From positions 768,001-832,000 of the forward strand of contig CBDFLJ010000001.1 in NCBI GenBank assembly GCA_965248835.1: a stretch of DNA of 64,000 nucleotides, in the 5' to 3' direction. Source of the stretch: Alphaproteobacteria bacterium (GTDB lineage: Bacteria; Pseudomonadota; Alphaproteobacteria; MPNO01). The translations under genes were made by a program, and so were the position numbers. Below, in pieces: positions 1 to 10,000 of the stretch (position 1 is the stretch's first letter; the number at the start of each line of letters is the position of its first letter). The notes beneath the pieces were generated by a model. The model saw only the letters and a list, made by a program, of their open reading frames with translations. It did not search any database and was not told where the DNA came from.

Positions 1-109
1 GATCGGTATAGATCCAGTCCGGCACCTCGCCCTCGTCGGCGGGCCACAGCAGGTCGACCGGCGGCTCGGCGGGAACCGCGGCGCGGTAACAGCCTTCGAT
101 CGTATCCAT
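1..109 (-). CDS. N-terminus of probable Rieske ring-hydroxylating oxygenase alpha subunit (runs off window edge)
   Basis: Manual translation MDTIEGCYRAAVPAEPPVDLLWPADEGEVPDWIYTD; GGAGA RBS upstream; WP..E..VP.W.YTD resembles RHO alpha N-termini; not in ORF track. Confidence 0.55.
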   Translation of the reverse strand, partial: MDTIEGCYRAAVPAEPPVDLLWPADEGEVPDWIYTD

Positions 110-192
110 GTCCGGTCTCCGGGTTCAGTGATCGCTCGCTGCCGAGTATCCGTCCCGCTGCGGCCGTTCACAAGGCCCAAAACGGCGCGCGC

Positions 193-1044
193 CTACGCCA
201 TCGCCGCCAGCTCTTCGAGAAGATAGGTCCGGAACAGGGCATAGTTCTCGACCATCGGGAAATGGCCGATCCCCTTCATCACCGTGAACCGGCATCCGGG
301 GATCGCCTCGGCGACGGCCCGGGTCATCTCCGGCGTCGCCGAATAGTCGAATTCGCCGGTCAGGAGCGAGACCCGGCACCGGTTGGTGTCGATGCGCTTG
401 ATGTCCTCGCGCGCGTCCCAGTCCTCGCAATAGTAGTAGACGTCGCCCTTGTAGACGCCGGGGCCGGACTGGCTGTAGTACCACCAGTTCTCGCGGCAGC
501 CGGGCTCCGGCGAGGCCGGGCCGTTGAGCCCGTAGGTGTAGCACGCCGCGAGCTCCCCGCCGTGGATCGCGGGGTGGTGGAGAAAGGCGTTGTCGCGGCC
601 CTCGGCGAAGGCGGTGCTCTCCAGCCCGACGATCCCGGTGAGTTCGTCCTGGTGGTCGGCGGCAACCTTGAGGACGATCGCCCCGCCCATCGAGCATCCC
701 ATCACCACCGGACGCTCCAGCCCCAGCGCGCGCCAGAAATCGCGGATCAGCCCGAGATAGACCGCGGTCGTCAGCCGGTACTTCTCCAGCCACCATTCGC
801 CCGGCGGGTTCGATCGGCCGTGAAACGGCAGGTCGAAGGCGATCACCCGGAACCGGTCGGTGATCGCGGCATCGTTCAGCACATGGCGGAACTGGCGGCT
901 GTCCGCACCGGCGGTGTGCAGGCAGATCAGCGGTCGGCCGGCGCCGGCCTCCTCGTAGTAGATGCGCTGCGCCCGGCCGCCGCTGGTGAGGTTGACATAG
1001 CGCCCGACTATCGGCTCGTGCCCGGCGAAATCGGTATCAGCCAT
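193..1044 (-). CDS. alpha/beta fold hydrolase
   Basis: CLHTAG oxyanion region, FDLPFHGRS, GCSMGG nucleophile elbow, C-terminal GHFP. Confidence 0.9.
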   Translation of the reverse strand: MADTDFAGHEPIVGRYVNLTSGGRAQRIYYEEAGAGRPLICLHTAGADSRQFRHVLNDAAITDRFRVIAFDLPFHGRSNPPGEWWLEKYRLTTAVYLGLIRDFWRALGLERPVVMGCSMGGAIVLKVAADHQDELTGIVGLESTAFAEGRDNAFLHHPAIHGGELAACYTYGLNGPASPEPGCRENWWYYSQSGPGVYKGDVYYYCEDWDAREDIKRIDTNRCRVSLLTGEFDYSATPEMTRAVAEAIPGCRFTVMKGIGHFPMVENYALFRTYLLEELAAMA

Positions 1045-1435
1045 CGAGCGGCTCCATCGATTTCAGGATGTTCATCATCCGGTGCAAGGCGCGCGCGTTC
1101 TGCATCGCGGCCAGCGAATCGCCGTCGATGTCGAACTCCGGCACCCGCATCAGCATGGCAAAGAAGTCGTGATAGAGCGGCTCCGGGTGGGGCTTGATGA
1201 ATTTCTTCCACACGCTCATCGGCGCGCGGATCGAGAAGCTTGCCGGGCGGTCGAAGCGCGGCCGCTGTTCGATCCGCTCGATGCGGCCCGCGCGCACCGT
1301 CAGGAGAAAATCGTTGCCCCCGAAGGAGAGCTTGAACGCGGTGTTGAACCACTCGCCGATGACCGCCATCTCGCGGTCGGCGTTGACGATTTCCCGGTAG
1401 CGCTCCATCCACGCCAGGGTCGGGACATCCTGCAT
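1037..1435 (-). CDS. hypothetical protein, SCP2 (sterol carrier)-like
   Basis: 132 aa, overlaps hydrolase start; pattern (IVNADREM, FDIDGD..AAMQN) resembles SCP2-like proteins. Confidence 0.6.
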   Translation of the reverse strand: MQDVPTLAWMERYREIVNADREMAVIGEWFNTAFKLSFGGNDFLLTVRAGRIERIEQRPRFDRPASFSIRAPMSVWKKFIKPHPEPLYHDFFAMLMRVPEFDIDGDSLAAMQNARALHRMMNILKSMEPLDG

Positions 1436-1474
1436 CGGCCCGCTCTCACACCCGCTCGAAATTTCGCTGCCGCC

Positions 1475-2692
1475 TCAATACTGGCCGCGCGGCTCCAGGC
1501 CGAACGCCATCTGGCCGTACATCGAGGAGACCGCGTCCCAGTTGAGGCTGATGTGATGCGCCACCGCGTGGATGTCGCGCCACGCCCGCTGAACCTGGTT
1601 GGACAGATGCAGGCCCGGACCGCCGGTTGCGGCATACAGCGCATCGATCCCATCGCAGGCCAGCTTGACGATGAAGGCCTGGGTCAACCGGTTGTGGATG
1701 CGGCGGTCGACGCCGATCGGCGCGCCGGCGGCGGCCATCGCCTCGGTTTCGCGCAAATCGCTCAGGATCAGGCTGCGCCCGGCGTTGAAGTGCGCCTGCG
1801 CCTGGCCCAGCCGCGACTGGATGTGCGGGAATTCGGCCATCCTGCTGCCGCCCATCACGACCGCACCGCGGGTCTTGCGCCCGCCCACGTCGTCGATGAA
1901 GCCATCGATCGCGCCCTTGAGCGCGCCCAGCGCCGGCGTGCAGATCGCCGCCGGCAGGCCGGCCATCATCGGGATGCCGTAGAGCGGCGCGGTGTTGACC
2001 TGGCGGCCCGGCGCGTTGCCGGACGTCAGGTCGGCAAAACTTATCCGGCGATGAGACGGGATGAACACGTCATCGCACACGACATCCTTGCTGCCGGTCG
2101 CGGCCAGGCCCACGGTGTGCCAATCGTCGTGGACGCGGTAGTCGCTCCGAGGCACCAGCGTGAAGCCCGGCACCGGCTTGTCGCCGCCATCCTCGGGCGG
2201 GAAGAAGACACCGATCAGCGCCCAGCCGGAGTTGTCGACGTTGGAGGCGAACGACCACGAGCCGCTCAGCCGCCAGCCGCCGGCGACGGTCCGGCAGGTA
2301 CCGGCCGGCGCGTAGCTGCCGCAGATCAGCGCGCCCGGATCCTCGGCGATCACCTCGTCCTGCGCCGCGATCGGGAACAGCGCGAGCAGCCAGTTGTGGA
2401 CGATGCCCAGGTTGGTGCACCAGGCGGTCGAAGCGCATCCGGCGCCGAGCGCCAGCGCGATCTCGGTCAAGGTCGAGAAATCGTATTCGAAGCCGCCGTA
2501 GCGGCGCGGCTGGAGGATCTTGAAGATCCCGAGCGCACGGATCTCCTCGATCGTTTCGGCGGACACGCAGCGCGCGGACTCCGCCTCGGCCGCGCGCGCG
2601 CGGATCGCCGGGACCAGCGATTCGGCCCGGGCGATCAGCGTCTGCCTGTCGGGCGCGGTCTCCGTGCGGTGGGATTTTTCGATGCCGTCCAT
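1475..2692 (-). CDS. flavin-dependent monooxygenase, acyl-CoA dehydrogenase fold (HsaA/IacA-like)
   Basis: PRRYGG, LSGSWSFASN, W.TVGLAATGS, VQRAWRDIHA motifs; start set at MDGIEK (ORF-track extension overlaps upstream gene). Confidence 0.9.
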   Translation of the reverse strand: MDGIEKSHRTETAPDRQTLIARAESLVPAIRARAAEAESARCVSAETIEEIRALGIFKILQPRRYGGFEYDFSTLTEIALALGAGCASTAWCTNLGIVHNWLLALFPIAAQDEVIAEDPGALICGSYAPAGTCRTVAGGWRLSGSWSFASNVDNSGWALIGVFFPPEDGGDKPVPGFTLVPRSDYRVHDDWHTVGLAATGSKDVVCDDVFIPSHRRISFADLTSGNAPGRQVNTAPLYGIPMMAGLPAAICTPALGALKGAIDGFIDDVGGRKTRGAVVMGGSRMAEFPHIQSRLGQAQAHFNAGRSLILSDLRETEAMAAAGAPIGVDRRIHNRLTQAFIVKLACDGIDALYAATGGPGLHLSNQVQRAWRDIHAVAHHISLNWDAVSSMYGQMAFGLEPRGQY

Positions 2693-2736
2693 CGCGGCGG
2701 AGTCTGGGGCAATCACCCCGGTTTGTAAATTGCCGC

Positions 2737-3666
2737 TCAGGCGGCGAGCCGGTGCCTGGCGAGGAATCCGTCGAGCGCGGCAAGGCACGCCGCCGGCTTT
2801 TCGAGCTGCAGCATGTGGCCGGCGCCCTGGATCACGACGTAGTCGTAACCCCCTTCCTCGGCCATCGCCTGGTTGACCGCAGCCGTCGGCGAGGGCCGTT
2901 CGAGGTCCGGGTCGGCGCCGATCAGCAGCACCGGCCCGGCGAAATCCGCGGCCCTGGGCCACAGGTTCATCGGGATGTTGGCCACATAGGTCGCCGCTTC
3001 CAACGCACCGGGGAAGACCAACGTCCAGTCCCCTGCCCCCTCGTCGCGCTGCAGGACCGAACGGGCCATCACGGCATGGCTTCCGGCCACCCAGTTCGCG
3101 TGCGCCCGGCCGCCGGCATATTCGGCCGCGAGCGCGGCCGGATCCGCGAAGCGGTGTTGCCGTGCCCGGGCCCATTCGGCCAAGCGGTGCTCGAAGCGGA
3201 CCATCATGTCGTAGAGCCGATGCCCTTCGGGCGGGATGTCGGGCGGATCGAACAGCGCCAACCCGTCCCAGCGCCAGGCGGCATCGAGCGCATCGCGCAT
3301 CGCCGCGCGGCCGGCCATCGAATGGAACGCGCCGACCGACCGCTTGGCGCCCAGCCGGTCGGTCACGCCGTCATGGATGGCGGCGATGTCGCGCGCCATG
3401 TGCGGGTAGTCGTGGTTGGGCTCCGCCCGGGGGATGTTGCGGCCATGGTTGCGCATGTCGAAGACGATCACCTCGTGGCGGGCGCACAGCGGCAGCCAGA
3501 ACGGCAGATAGCCGTCGATCGCGAACCCGTTGCCGTGACTGACGAAGATCCGCAACCGCGCGGACGCGACGCCATAGCGCCGCACAAGGATCCGCGCGCC
3601 GTCGCCCATCGCCAGATCGAAGCGCTCCAGGGGCTCGGGAACCGTCAATTCGGGCACGCGCGCCAT
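2737..3666 (-). CDS. alpha/beta fold hydrolase
   Basis: SHGNGF, FDMRNHG, FHSMAG nucleophile, GAGHMLQLEKP; start set at MARVPE. Confidence 0.85.
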   Translation of the reverse strand: MARVPELTVPEPLERFDLAMGDGARILVRRYGVASARLRIFVSHGNGFAIDGYLPFWLPLCARHEVIVFDMRNHGRNIPRAEPNHDYPHMARDIAAIHDGVTDRLGAKRSVGAFHSMAGRAAMRDALDAAWRWDGLALFDPPDIPPEGHRLYDMMVRFEHRLAEWARARQHRFADPAALAAEYAGGRAHANWVAGSHAVMARSVLQRDEGAGDWTLVFPGALEAATYVANIPMNLWPRAADFAGPVLLIGADPDLERPSPTAAVNQAMAEEGGYDYVVIQGAGHMLQLEKPAACLAALDGFLARHRLAA

Positions 3667-3782
3667 ACTCCGGGCCGGCCGGGTAAAGAATATCCTTGCC
3701 GGAGCCGGCAACCGGCTCCAACAGGGGCGAACGGGGGCATCCTTTCGGCGCCGGCCTCGGCGCGGCGCACCTTGAGGCCGGT

Positions 3783-4207
3783 CGGCCGCGTTCCGGCGCC
3801 CGCCCCGCCGCAAGCTTGAACCGAGGGTTCGACCGCAAGGCGCCGCAATCGTCTCCGTCCTGTTGGCCGCAGGCGCTCGCGCATAGGCGCAAGCGCATCG
3901 TCCGGGCCGGCGTGCGGGTGATCATGGACGGGTCGCGGCGGTCCCGGATGGACAAGGCCGGCGTCTCGGCCAGGCCGAGGCGGCGTTCCGCCCGGCGCGG
4001 CGGAACCGGGCCGCCATCGAAGACCGCCGCCGCTTCCTTGCGCCGGATGGCCCGCAGATCGAAGGGAGGAACGGTGTCGCGGGTCACGGCGGGGGCGGCG
4101 TTTTAGTTGCGCGCGAAGAAACCCGCCTCGACGGCGAATTTCTACGCCGGAACGACCGATTACCATGCCTGCCAACCCGAATTCAGGACCGGCACGAATA
4201 ATCCGGC
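3783..4207 (-). mobile_element. degenerate IS1380-family element: left end plus truncated transposase N-terminus
   Basis: From GTG 4087: PPFDLRAIRRKEAAAVFDGG..AERRLGLAE..RDRRDPSMIT..ACGQQDGDDCGALRSNPRFKLAAGRAPERGR matches the IS1380 transposase N-terminal pattern; IR-like GCCGGATTATTCGTG follows CTAG at 4208-4211. Confidence 0.7.
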
Positions 4208-6877
4208 CTAGAACTTCACCGTGATACCGGCATTGACGCCGTGATCGGCGCCGCCGCCGAACCGGCCCTTATAGGCGACGCCGAGGACGGCACTGTCCGA
4301 AAGGCCGGCCTCGATGCCGAGCTCGGCGACCAGGGCATCCTCGGCGGTCGGAGCGCCCGTGGCCGTGAACGGGTCGGCACTGCCCTGCATCACGACGGTC
4401 GACGACGGGTCGGTATCGCCGAAGGCATGCCGCCAGCCCGCCATGCCGCGTACACGGACCGTGTCCAACAGCGCCATCGCGCCGCGCATGCCGAGCGTCG
4501 TGAACGTCGTGCTGTCGCTACCCGACGATGATGTCAGGGCCGCGTCGCCGCCGCTCTCGCTGAAGCCGTCCGTGTCGAGACTGGTATGGGACACGCCGGC
4601 AAAAGGCTCCAGCGTCAGGTCGCGGAACTGCATCCGGTGCCCGGCTTCGGCAAAGACCTGCCAGCTCGTTGCGTCGTAGCTGGCCGACAGGTTCTGGATC
4701 TCGGAAACGCCGATGGGGGGGACCGACCGGCTGGCATCAATGGCGTGCCTGTTATAGACCGCGCCGAAGCTTAGGCGCGAAGCGCCGGCCTCGGCGCCGC
4801 CGTAAAGGCCGACCGACCATGTATCGACCGAAGCGGAGGACAACCGTGCACGCTGGCTCACATCCGTCCGGCTGTAGCCGCCGAGGACGCCGAAGCGCCC
4901 GCCTTCGCCCAGCGCACGGTCGATGCCGAAGACGACACCGTCCAGATCCGTGTCCATCCGCGCCGTGTCGGCGGTGGCATCGGTCTTGCCTGAGGCGCCG
5001 TAGCCGCTGATCCACAAGCCGCTGCGCTCATCGGCCAGCGATGGCCGATTGCCGGAAGCCACCGTCGATAACCGGGCGCCGGGATTGCCGAAGCGCGCGT
5101 TCATCCGGTTTTTGACGGCCGCGACCCGAGCCTGGCCGGTGTCCGCCAGCGCCCCTTTGAGGGACGCATGCAACTGATCCGTAAGCGCATCGAAGAAGGC
5201 GTTTGCCTGCGCCCTCGTGGCCAGGCCCAGAACCGCCTGTTTGAGGCTATTGCCCTCCGCCATGTTGTCGAAGGCGTTGCAGGCCCCCGCCCGCTGTCCG
5301 ACCGTTCCGGCATCGTCGCAGAATTTTTCTTCGGTTTTTCTTGCGGATACCAGAACCATCTCGAAAGTGTTATCGCCTTGTTCCACCTCATAATCCATGA
5401 ACAGCGTGTCGATCGCGTCGACACTGTCTGGACCTAGGCCCTGAATGGAGCCTTCCGTGGATTTCAGTATCGTATAGCGGCCTTTATAAGCGCCCACGAC
5501 TCTCACCGTGCCGCCATTTAGGGTGATCTTGCCGTTGACAATGAGCTGGTCATTTAGCTCTTTCAGGTCAATCGTAACGGTAAAAGTGCCCGCTTCCACA
5601 GTGCCGTTTTCGTCGGTTATGAAGTTTTCGAAATCGCCGGTGAGTTGGGTGATCTGCACGACGTTGGCACCGCCCGGCGACAAATTACCCGCATTGGCGA
5701 ACAGGTCTTCGTCGTCGCTGCCGAGAACCACCGAGGCGCCGGAATTGTACGTTGCGCCTGTGTGGTTGTTGAAGACATTGGTCTGTGCTCCTACACCGTC
5801 AACAAAATTAAGTTCGTGTGAAATCAGATTAATTGTACCGGGGGTCGTCAACATGCCGTAATTCTCGATCGTCTCGTTGTCTTCGCCCCCCACCACGTCA
5901 AAAATGCCGCCTCTGATCGTCACCGTATTATTGACCGTCAGAGTATTATTGACCGTATCGCTAGCAAGACTGGAAAACCAGATACCTTTCTCCCCGGAAC
6001 TTCTGATAGTTCCGCCATTCAGCGTAATGGCTATGTCGCCGCGCTCGCTACCTGTATTGATCCCGCTGCCGTTGCTGTCCCAGTTGGTGATATCGCCCTG
6101 CACGATAATCTCAATTTTGCCAGCGTTACTGGTAAATCCTGTGAGACCATCCCTGCTCCTGACGGTGATACCGCCTGTCAAAGTAATCTTGATATCGCTG
6201 TCATCATTGGAGACATATAACCCGCCACTTCCGGTAGTACCCCAGGTCTCGATGTTGCCATTCACCTCGACCGTAGTTTTGCCGCCACTTCCATTTACAG
6301 TGACTCCGTTGCTGTTATCGCTGATGGTGGTGATATCGCCATTCACGTCAACATCAACTGTGCCGCCCGTTCCACTTACACTGACTCCCTTGCTGGATGC
6401 GCCGTTGGTGGTGATATCGCCAGTCACGTCAACATCAATATTGCGGCTTCCTTCTACTTTGATCCCTTCTGCGCCAAAGCCGGAGGTGGTGATGTCGTGG
6501 CCGCCGGTATTGACGTTGAGGGTGACGGCCCCGTCGCCGGTAAACTCGATCCCTGTTGTCCCGTCGACCGGAGCGATATCGCCGTCCAGTTCATTGACAT
6601 AGAGCGTGGTGTAGGTGCCGGTCCCGCCGTCGACCTCCACACCGCCCGACAGGTCGCCCTTACAGGTCACCGTCGTGCCGTCGACGGTGCACTCATCCTC
6701 CGGCGCGATCGATTGCGCCTGTGCGGCGAGCCCGCCGCCGAAGAGCAGCGCCGCCGCGGCAGCCCACGGCAATAGCGCCCGGCATACTGTGCGGAAGCAC
6801 GAGACGGTCACGGCACCGCCGGCGCCGCGGCCTTCGCGGTCGCTCTCACCGCCGACCGCGCTACGTCTGTTTTGCAT
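4208..6877 (-). CDS. type Va autotransporter (AT1), beta-helical passenger
   Basis: Extended signal peptide ending AQA; G/T/N/D-rich V.V.V.GDITT repeats; C-terminal beta-barrel ending ITVKF. Confidence 0.92.
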   Translation of the reverse strand: MQNRRSAVGGESDREGRGAGGAVTVSCFRTVCRALLPWAAAAALLFGGGLAAQAQSIAPEDECTVDGTTVTCKGDLSGGVEVDGGTGTYTTLYVNELDGDIAPVDGTTGIEFTGDGAVTLNVNTGGHDITTSGFGAEGIKVEGSRNIDVDVTGDITTNGASSKGVSVSGTGGTVDVDVNGDITTISDNSNGVTVNGSGGKTTVEVNGNIETWGTTGSGGLYVSNDDSDIKITLTGGITVRSRDGLTGFTSNAGKIEIIVQGDITNWDSNGSGINTGSERGDIAITLNGGTIRSSGEKGIWFSSLASDTVNNTLTVNNTVTIRGGIFDVVGGEDNETIENYGMLTTPGTINLISHELNFVDGVGAQTNVFNNHTGATYNSGASVVLGSDDEDLFANAGNLSPGGANVVQITQLTGDFENFITDENGTVEAGTFTVTIDLKELNDQLIVNGKITLNGGTVRVVGAYKGRYTILKSTEGSIQGLGPDSVDAIDTLFMDYEVEQGDNTFEMVLVSARKTEEKFCDDAGTVGQRAGACNAFDNMAEGNSLKQAVLGLATRAQANAFFDALTDQLHASLKGALADTGQARVAAVKNRMNARFGNPGARLSTVASGNRPSLADERSGLWISGYGASGKTDATADTARMDTDLDGVVFGIDRALGEGGRFGVLGGYSRTDVSQRARLSSASVDTWSVGLYGGAEAGASRLSFGAVYNRHAIDASRSVPPIGVSEIQNLSASYDATSWQVFAEAGHRMQFRDLTLEPFAGVSHTSLDTDGFSESGGDAALTSSSGSDSTTFTTLGMRGAMALLDTVRVRGMAGWRHAFGDTDPSSTVVMQGSADPFTATGAPTAEDALVAELGIEAGLSDSAVLGVAYKGRFGGGADHGVNAGITVKF

Positions 6878-6947
6878 GGAAGCTCCGCCCCGGAAGCCCG
6901 CTGCTCCGCGTCCGAAAAAATCACGCCCCCGAGATTCGTCTGATTCC

Positions 6948-6976
6948 AGGCTAACAGCCGTCTACCCCGCGTGCAA
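6948..6976 (-). promoter_or_regulatory. sigma70-type promoter of AT1
   Basis: TTGCAC-N17-TAGCCT with extended -10 TG; identical hexamers and spacing upstream of AT2. Confidence 0.65.
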
Positions 6977-7094
6977 CGATATGGCGGGCGTGGGGCAACT
7001 TGGTCGGGTCCCGCCGCACGCGGGTCCGCACCGGGATGCGGCGCGGGCGCTTTCGATCGTCATCGCCCGCTTGCGGCCGGGGCGACCGGTCCGG

Positions 7095-10000
7095 CTAGAA
7101 CGTCACCCTAAGGCCGGCGTTGAAGCCGTGATCGGCGGCGCCGCCGCCATAGCGGCCCTTGTAGGCGACGCCGAGGACGGCAGTGTCCGACAGTTCGGTC
7201 TCGATGCCGAGCTCGATATCCAGGGCATCCTCGGCGGTCGGAGCGCCCGTGACCGTGAATGGGCTGCCCGCCATCGAGTGGGTCGACGACGGGTCCGTAT
7301 CGCCGAAGGCATGGCGCCAGCCCACCATGCTGCGTATACGGACCGTGTCATCCATCTGTACCGCGCTGCGCAGGCCGAGCGTCGCGAACATCATGTGGTC
7401 GATATCCGACGATGATGTCAGGGCCGCATCGCCGCCGCTCTCGCTGAAGCCGTCCGTATCGAGATGGATCGAGGACACGCCGGCGAAGGGCTCCACCATC
7501 CGGTCGCGGGACCGCACCCGGTATCCGGCTTCGGCAAAGACCTGCCAGCTCCTTGCGTCGTAGCGCGCCGACAGGTTCTGGATCTCGGAAAGGCCGATGG
7601 AGAGGACCGACCGGCGGGAGTCTACGGCATGCCCGTTATAGACCGCGCCGAAGCTGAGGCGCGCAGCGCCGGACTCGGCGGCGCCGTAAAGACCGGCGGA
7701 CCATGTATCGACCGAGCCGGAGGACAACAGTGCACGCTGGCTCACATCCGTCCGGCTGTAGCCGCCGAGGACGCCGAGGCGCCAGCGCTCGCCCAGCGCA
7801 CCCTCGATGCCGAAGACGACACCGTCCAGGTCCGTGTCCATCCGCGCGGTGCCGGCGGTGGCATCGGTCTCGCTCCGCGAGCGGTAGCCGGTGACCCACA
7901 AGCCGCTGCTTCCGTCGGCCGGCGATGGCGGAGTCCCGGAGGCCGCCGTCGATGCCTGTGCGCCGGGATTGCCGAAGCGCGCCGCCATGCGGCTTTTGAC
8001 GGCCGCGACCTGCCTTTGGCCGGTGCCCATCAGAGCCCCCTTGAGGGACGCATGCACCTCGCCCGACCGCGCATCATAGGCGGCCCGTATATCCTCCTCC
8101 GAGCTCGCGGCCATGACATCCAACGCGGTCGCATTGGCGGCCGGCAGGCTGTCGAGGGCGTTCGCCACCGCCCGCTGGTTGGCCGTTTCGGCAAATTCGC
8201 CGAAGGTGACGCCCTGCTTTCTTGCGGCAATCAATTCCACATAGTCGACATCGTTGCCGACATCGTCGTCGTCGAGATAGTTCAGCTCAAAGTCCATGAA
8301 CAATGTGTCGATCACTTCATTGCAAATTCGTTTTCGGTGAGGGTGTAGGCGCGCTGGGACGTCCAGGATCTTATAGGTGCCGCTATCCCTGTAAGCGCCC
8401 ACGACTCTCACCGTGCCGTCAAGGCTGGCGCTGTCGGTGACAATGAGCAGGTCGCTTCCCGTATTGTCGATCGTGACGGTAAAAGTGCCCTTTGCCTCAA
8501 TGTTCTGTTCGTTGCTCATGAAGTTTTGGAAATTGCCCGTCAGAGTGGTGGTCCTGCACGGCGCATTCGCACCGCCCGGCGACAAATCGCCCTCGTTGGT
8601 GAAGCGTATTGCCGGAACCGAGAAACACCGCGGTGCCGGAATTGAAAGTTGCGCCCGCCATGGTTGTTGAAGGCGTTGGCCCCTGTACCCAGATCGATGC
8701 GTGCCGGGGGTCGTCAACGTGCCGTAATTGTCGATCGTCTCGTGTTTGTCGCCCCCCAGCACGTCGTCAAATCGTTGTAAAATGCCGTCACTGAGTCGAA
8801 TCATTTTGCCGCCGCGGACCGTCACAGGACCCAAGATCGTCAGCGTATTGGTCGCACCACTACTAATTTCGATGCCTGCGTCCTGGACACTGGTGATGGT
8901 CCCGCCATGCAGCGTGATGCTGATGGCGCCATTGGATTGTGCATAGATCCCTTGGCTGTTATCGCCCGAGGCGGTGATGTCGCCCGTCACGTTAATCTCA
9001 ACAACAGCAGAGCTGTTAGGATTATCGGTACCGCTATCGTTATCGGAGTATACATAGATCCCGGTGCTGTTATCGCCCGAAGTGGTGATGTCGCCCGTAA
9101 AGTCAACCGTCACAGCGCCATTGCCATAGGATCGTGCATAGATCCCCGCGCTCTCCTCGCCCGAGGTGGTGATAGTACTGCCGTTCTTCATTTTAACCGT
9201 TATATCGCCTTTGCCATAGGATTCTGCATAGATCCCCGCGCTCTCCTCGCCCGAGGTGGTGATAGCGCCCGTCACTACCGTAATATCAATATTGCCGGCG
9301 CTGTTCTCGTCGTCGATAGACGCAGAAATCCCTCCGCTTTTGTTTTTCGTGGTGGTGATATCGCCCTCCAGGTCAACCGTCACATCGCCGTCGGAAGCTG
9401 CAGAGATCCCGTCGCTTTCTTTGCCATAGGTGGTGATATCGCCCGTCATTGTAACCGTCACATCGCCGTCGCCCCTGGAATCTGCAGAGATCCCGTAGCT
9501 GTTCTCGTCCGAAGTGGTGATATCGCCCGTCATTGTAACCGTCACATCGCCGTCGCCCCTGGAATCTGCAGAGATCCCTTCGCTGTCCTTGCCCGAGGTA
9601 TTGATATTGCCCGTCACTGTAACCGTCACAGTGCCGGTGCCCCTGGATTCTGCTGCGATCCCGTTGCTGTGCCTCTCGCCCAAGGTGTTGATATTACCAT
9701 CCACTGTAACCATCACATCGCCGTCGCCGTCGGCATTGGATAGTGCAAAGATTCCGTCGGCGCTAATGCCCTCGGTGGTGATATTGCTGCCCTTCTTCAT
9801 GTTAACCGTCACAGCGCCATCGGAATTTGCATAGATCCCCCGGCTCCTTTGCTTGGCTTTGATATTGCCCGTAAATGTAACCGTCACAGCGCCGTCGTCG
9901 CCGCCATCGCCACCGGACTTTGCATAGATCCCTGCGCTGCTGGTAGTACCGAGCCCGGAAATCTCGTCGGGATCGCCCTCGGTTTCGATATCGCCCGTCA

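Noticed and set aside
2693-3175. ORF-track N-terminal extensions of the monooxygenase (similarly pckA, chvI, HPr, ahcY, murU, addB, nitronate monooxygenase)
   Set aside because: They overlap neighbouring genes or lack homology; downstream starts with an RBS or translational coupling fit family lengths
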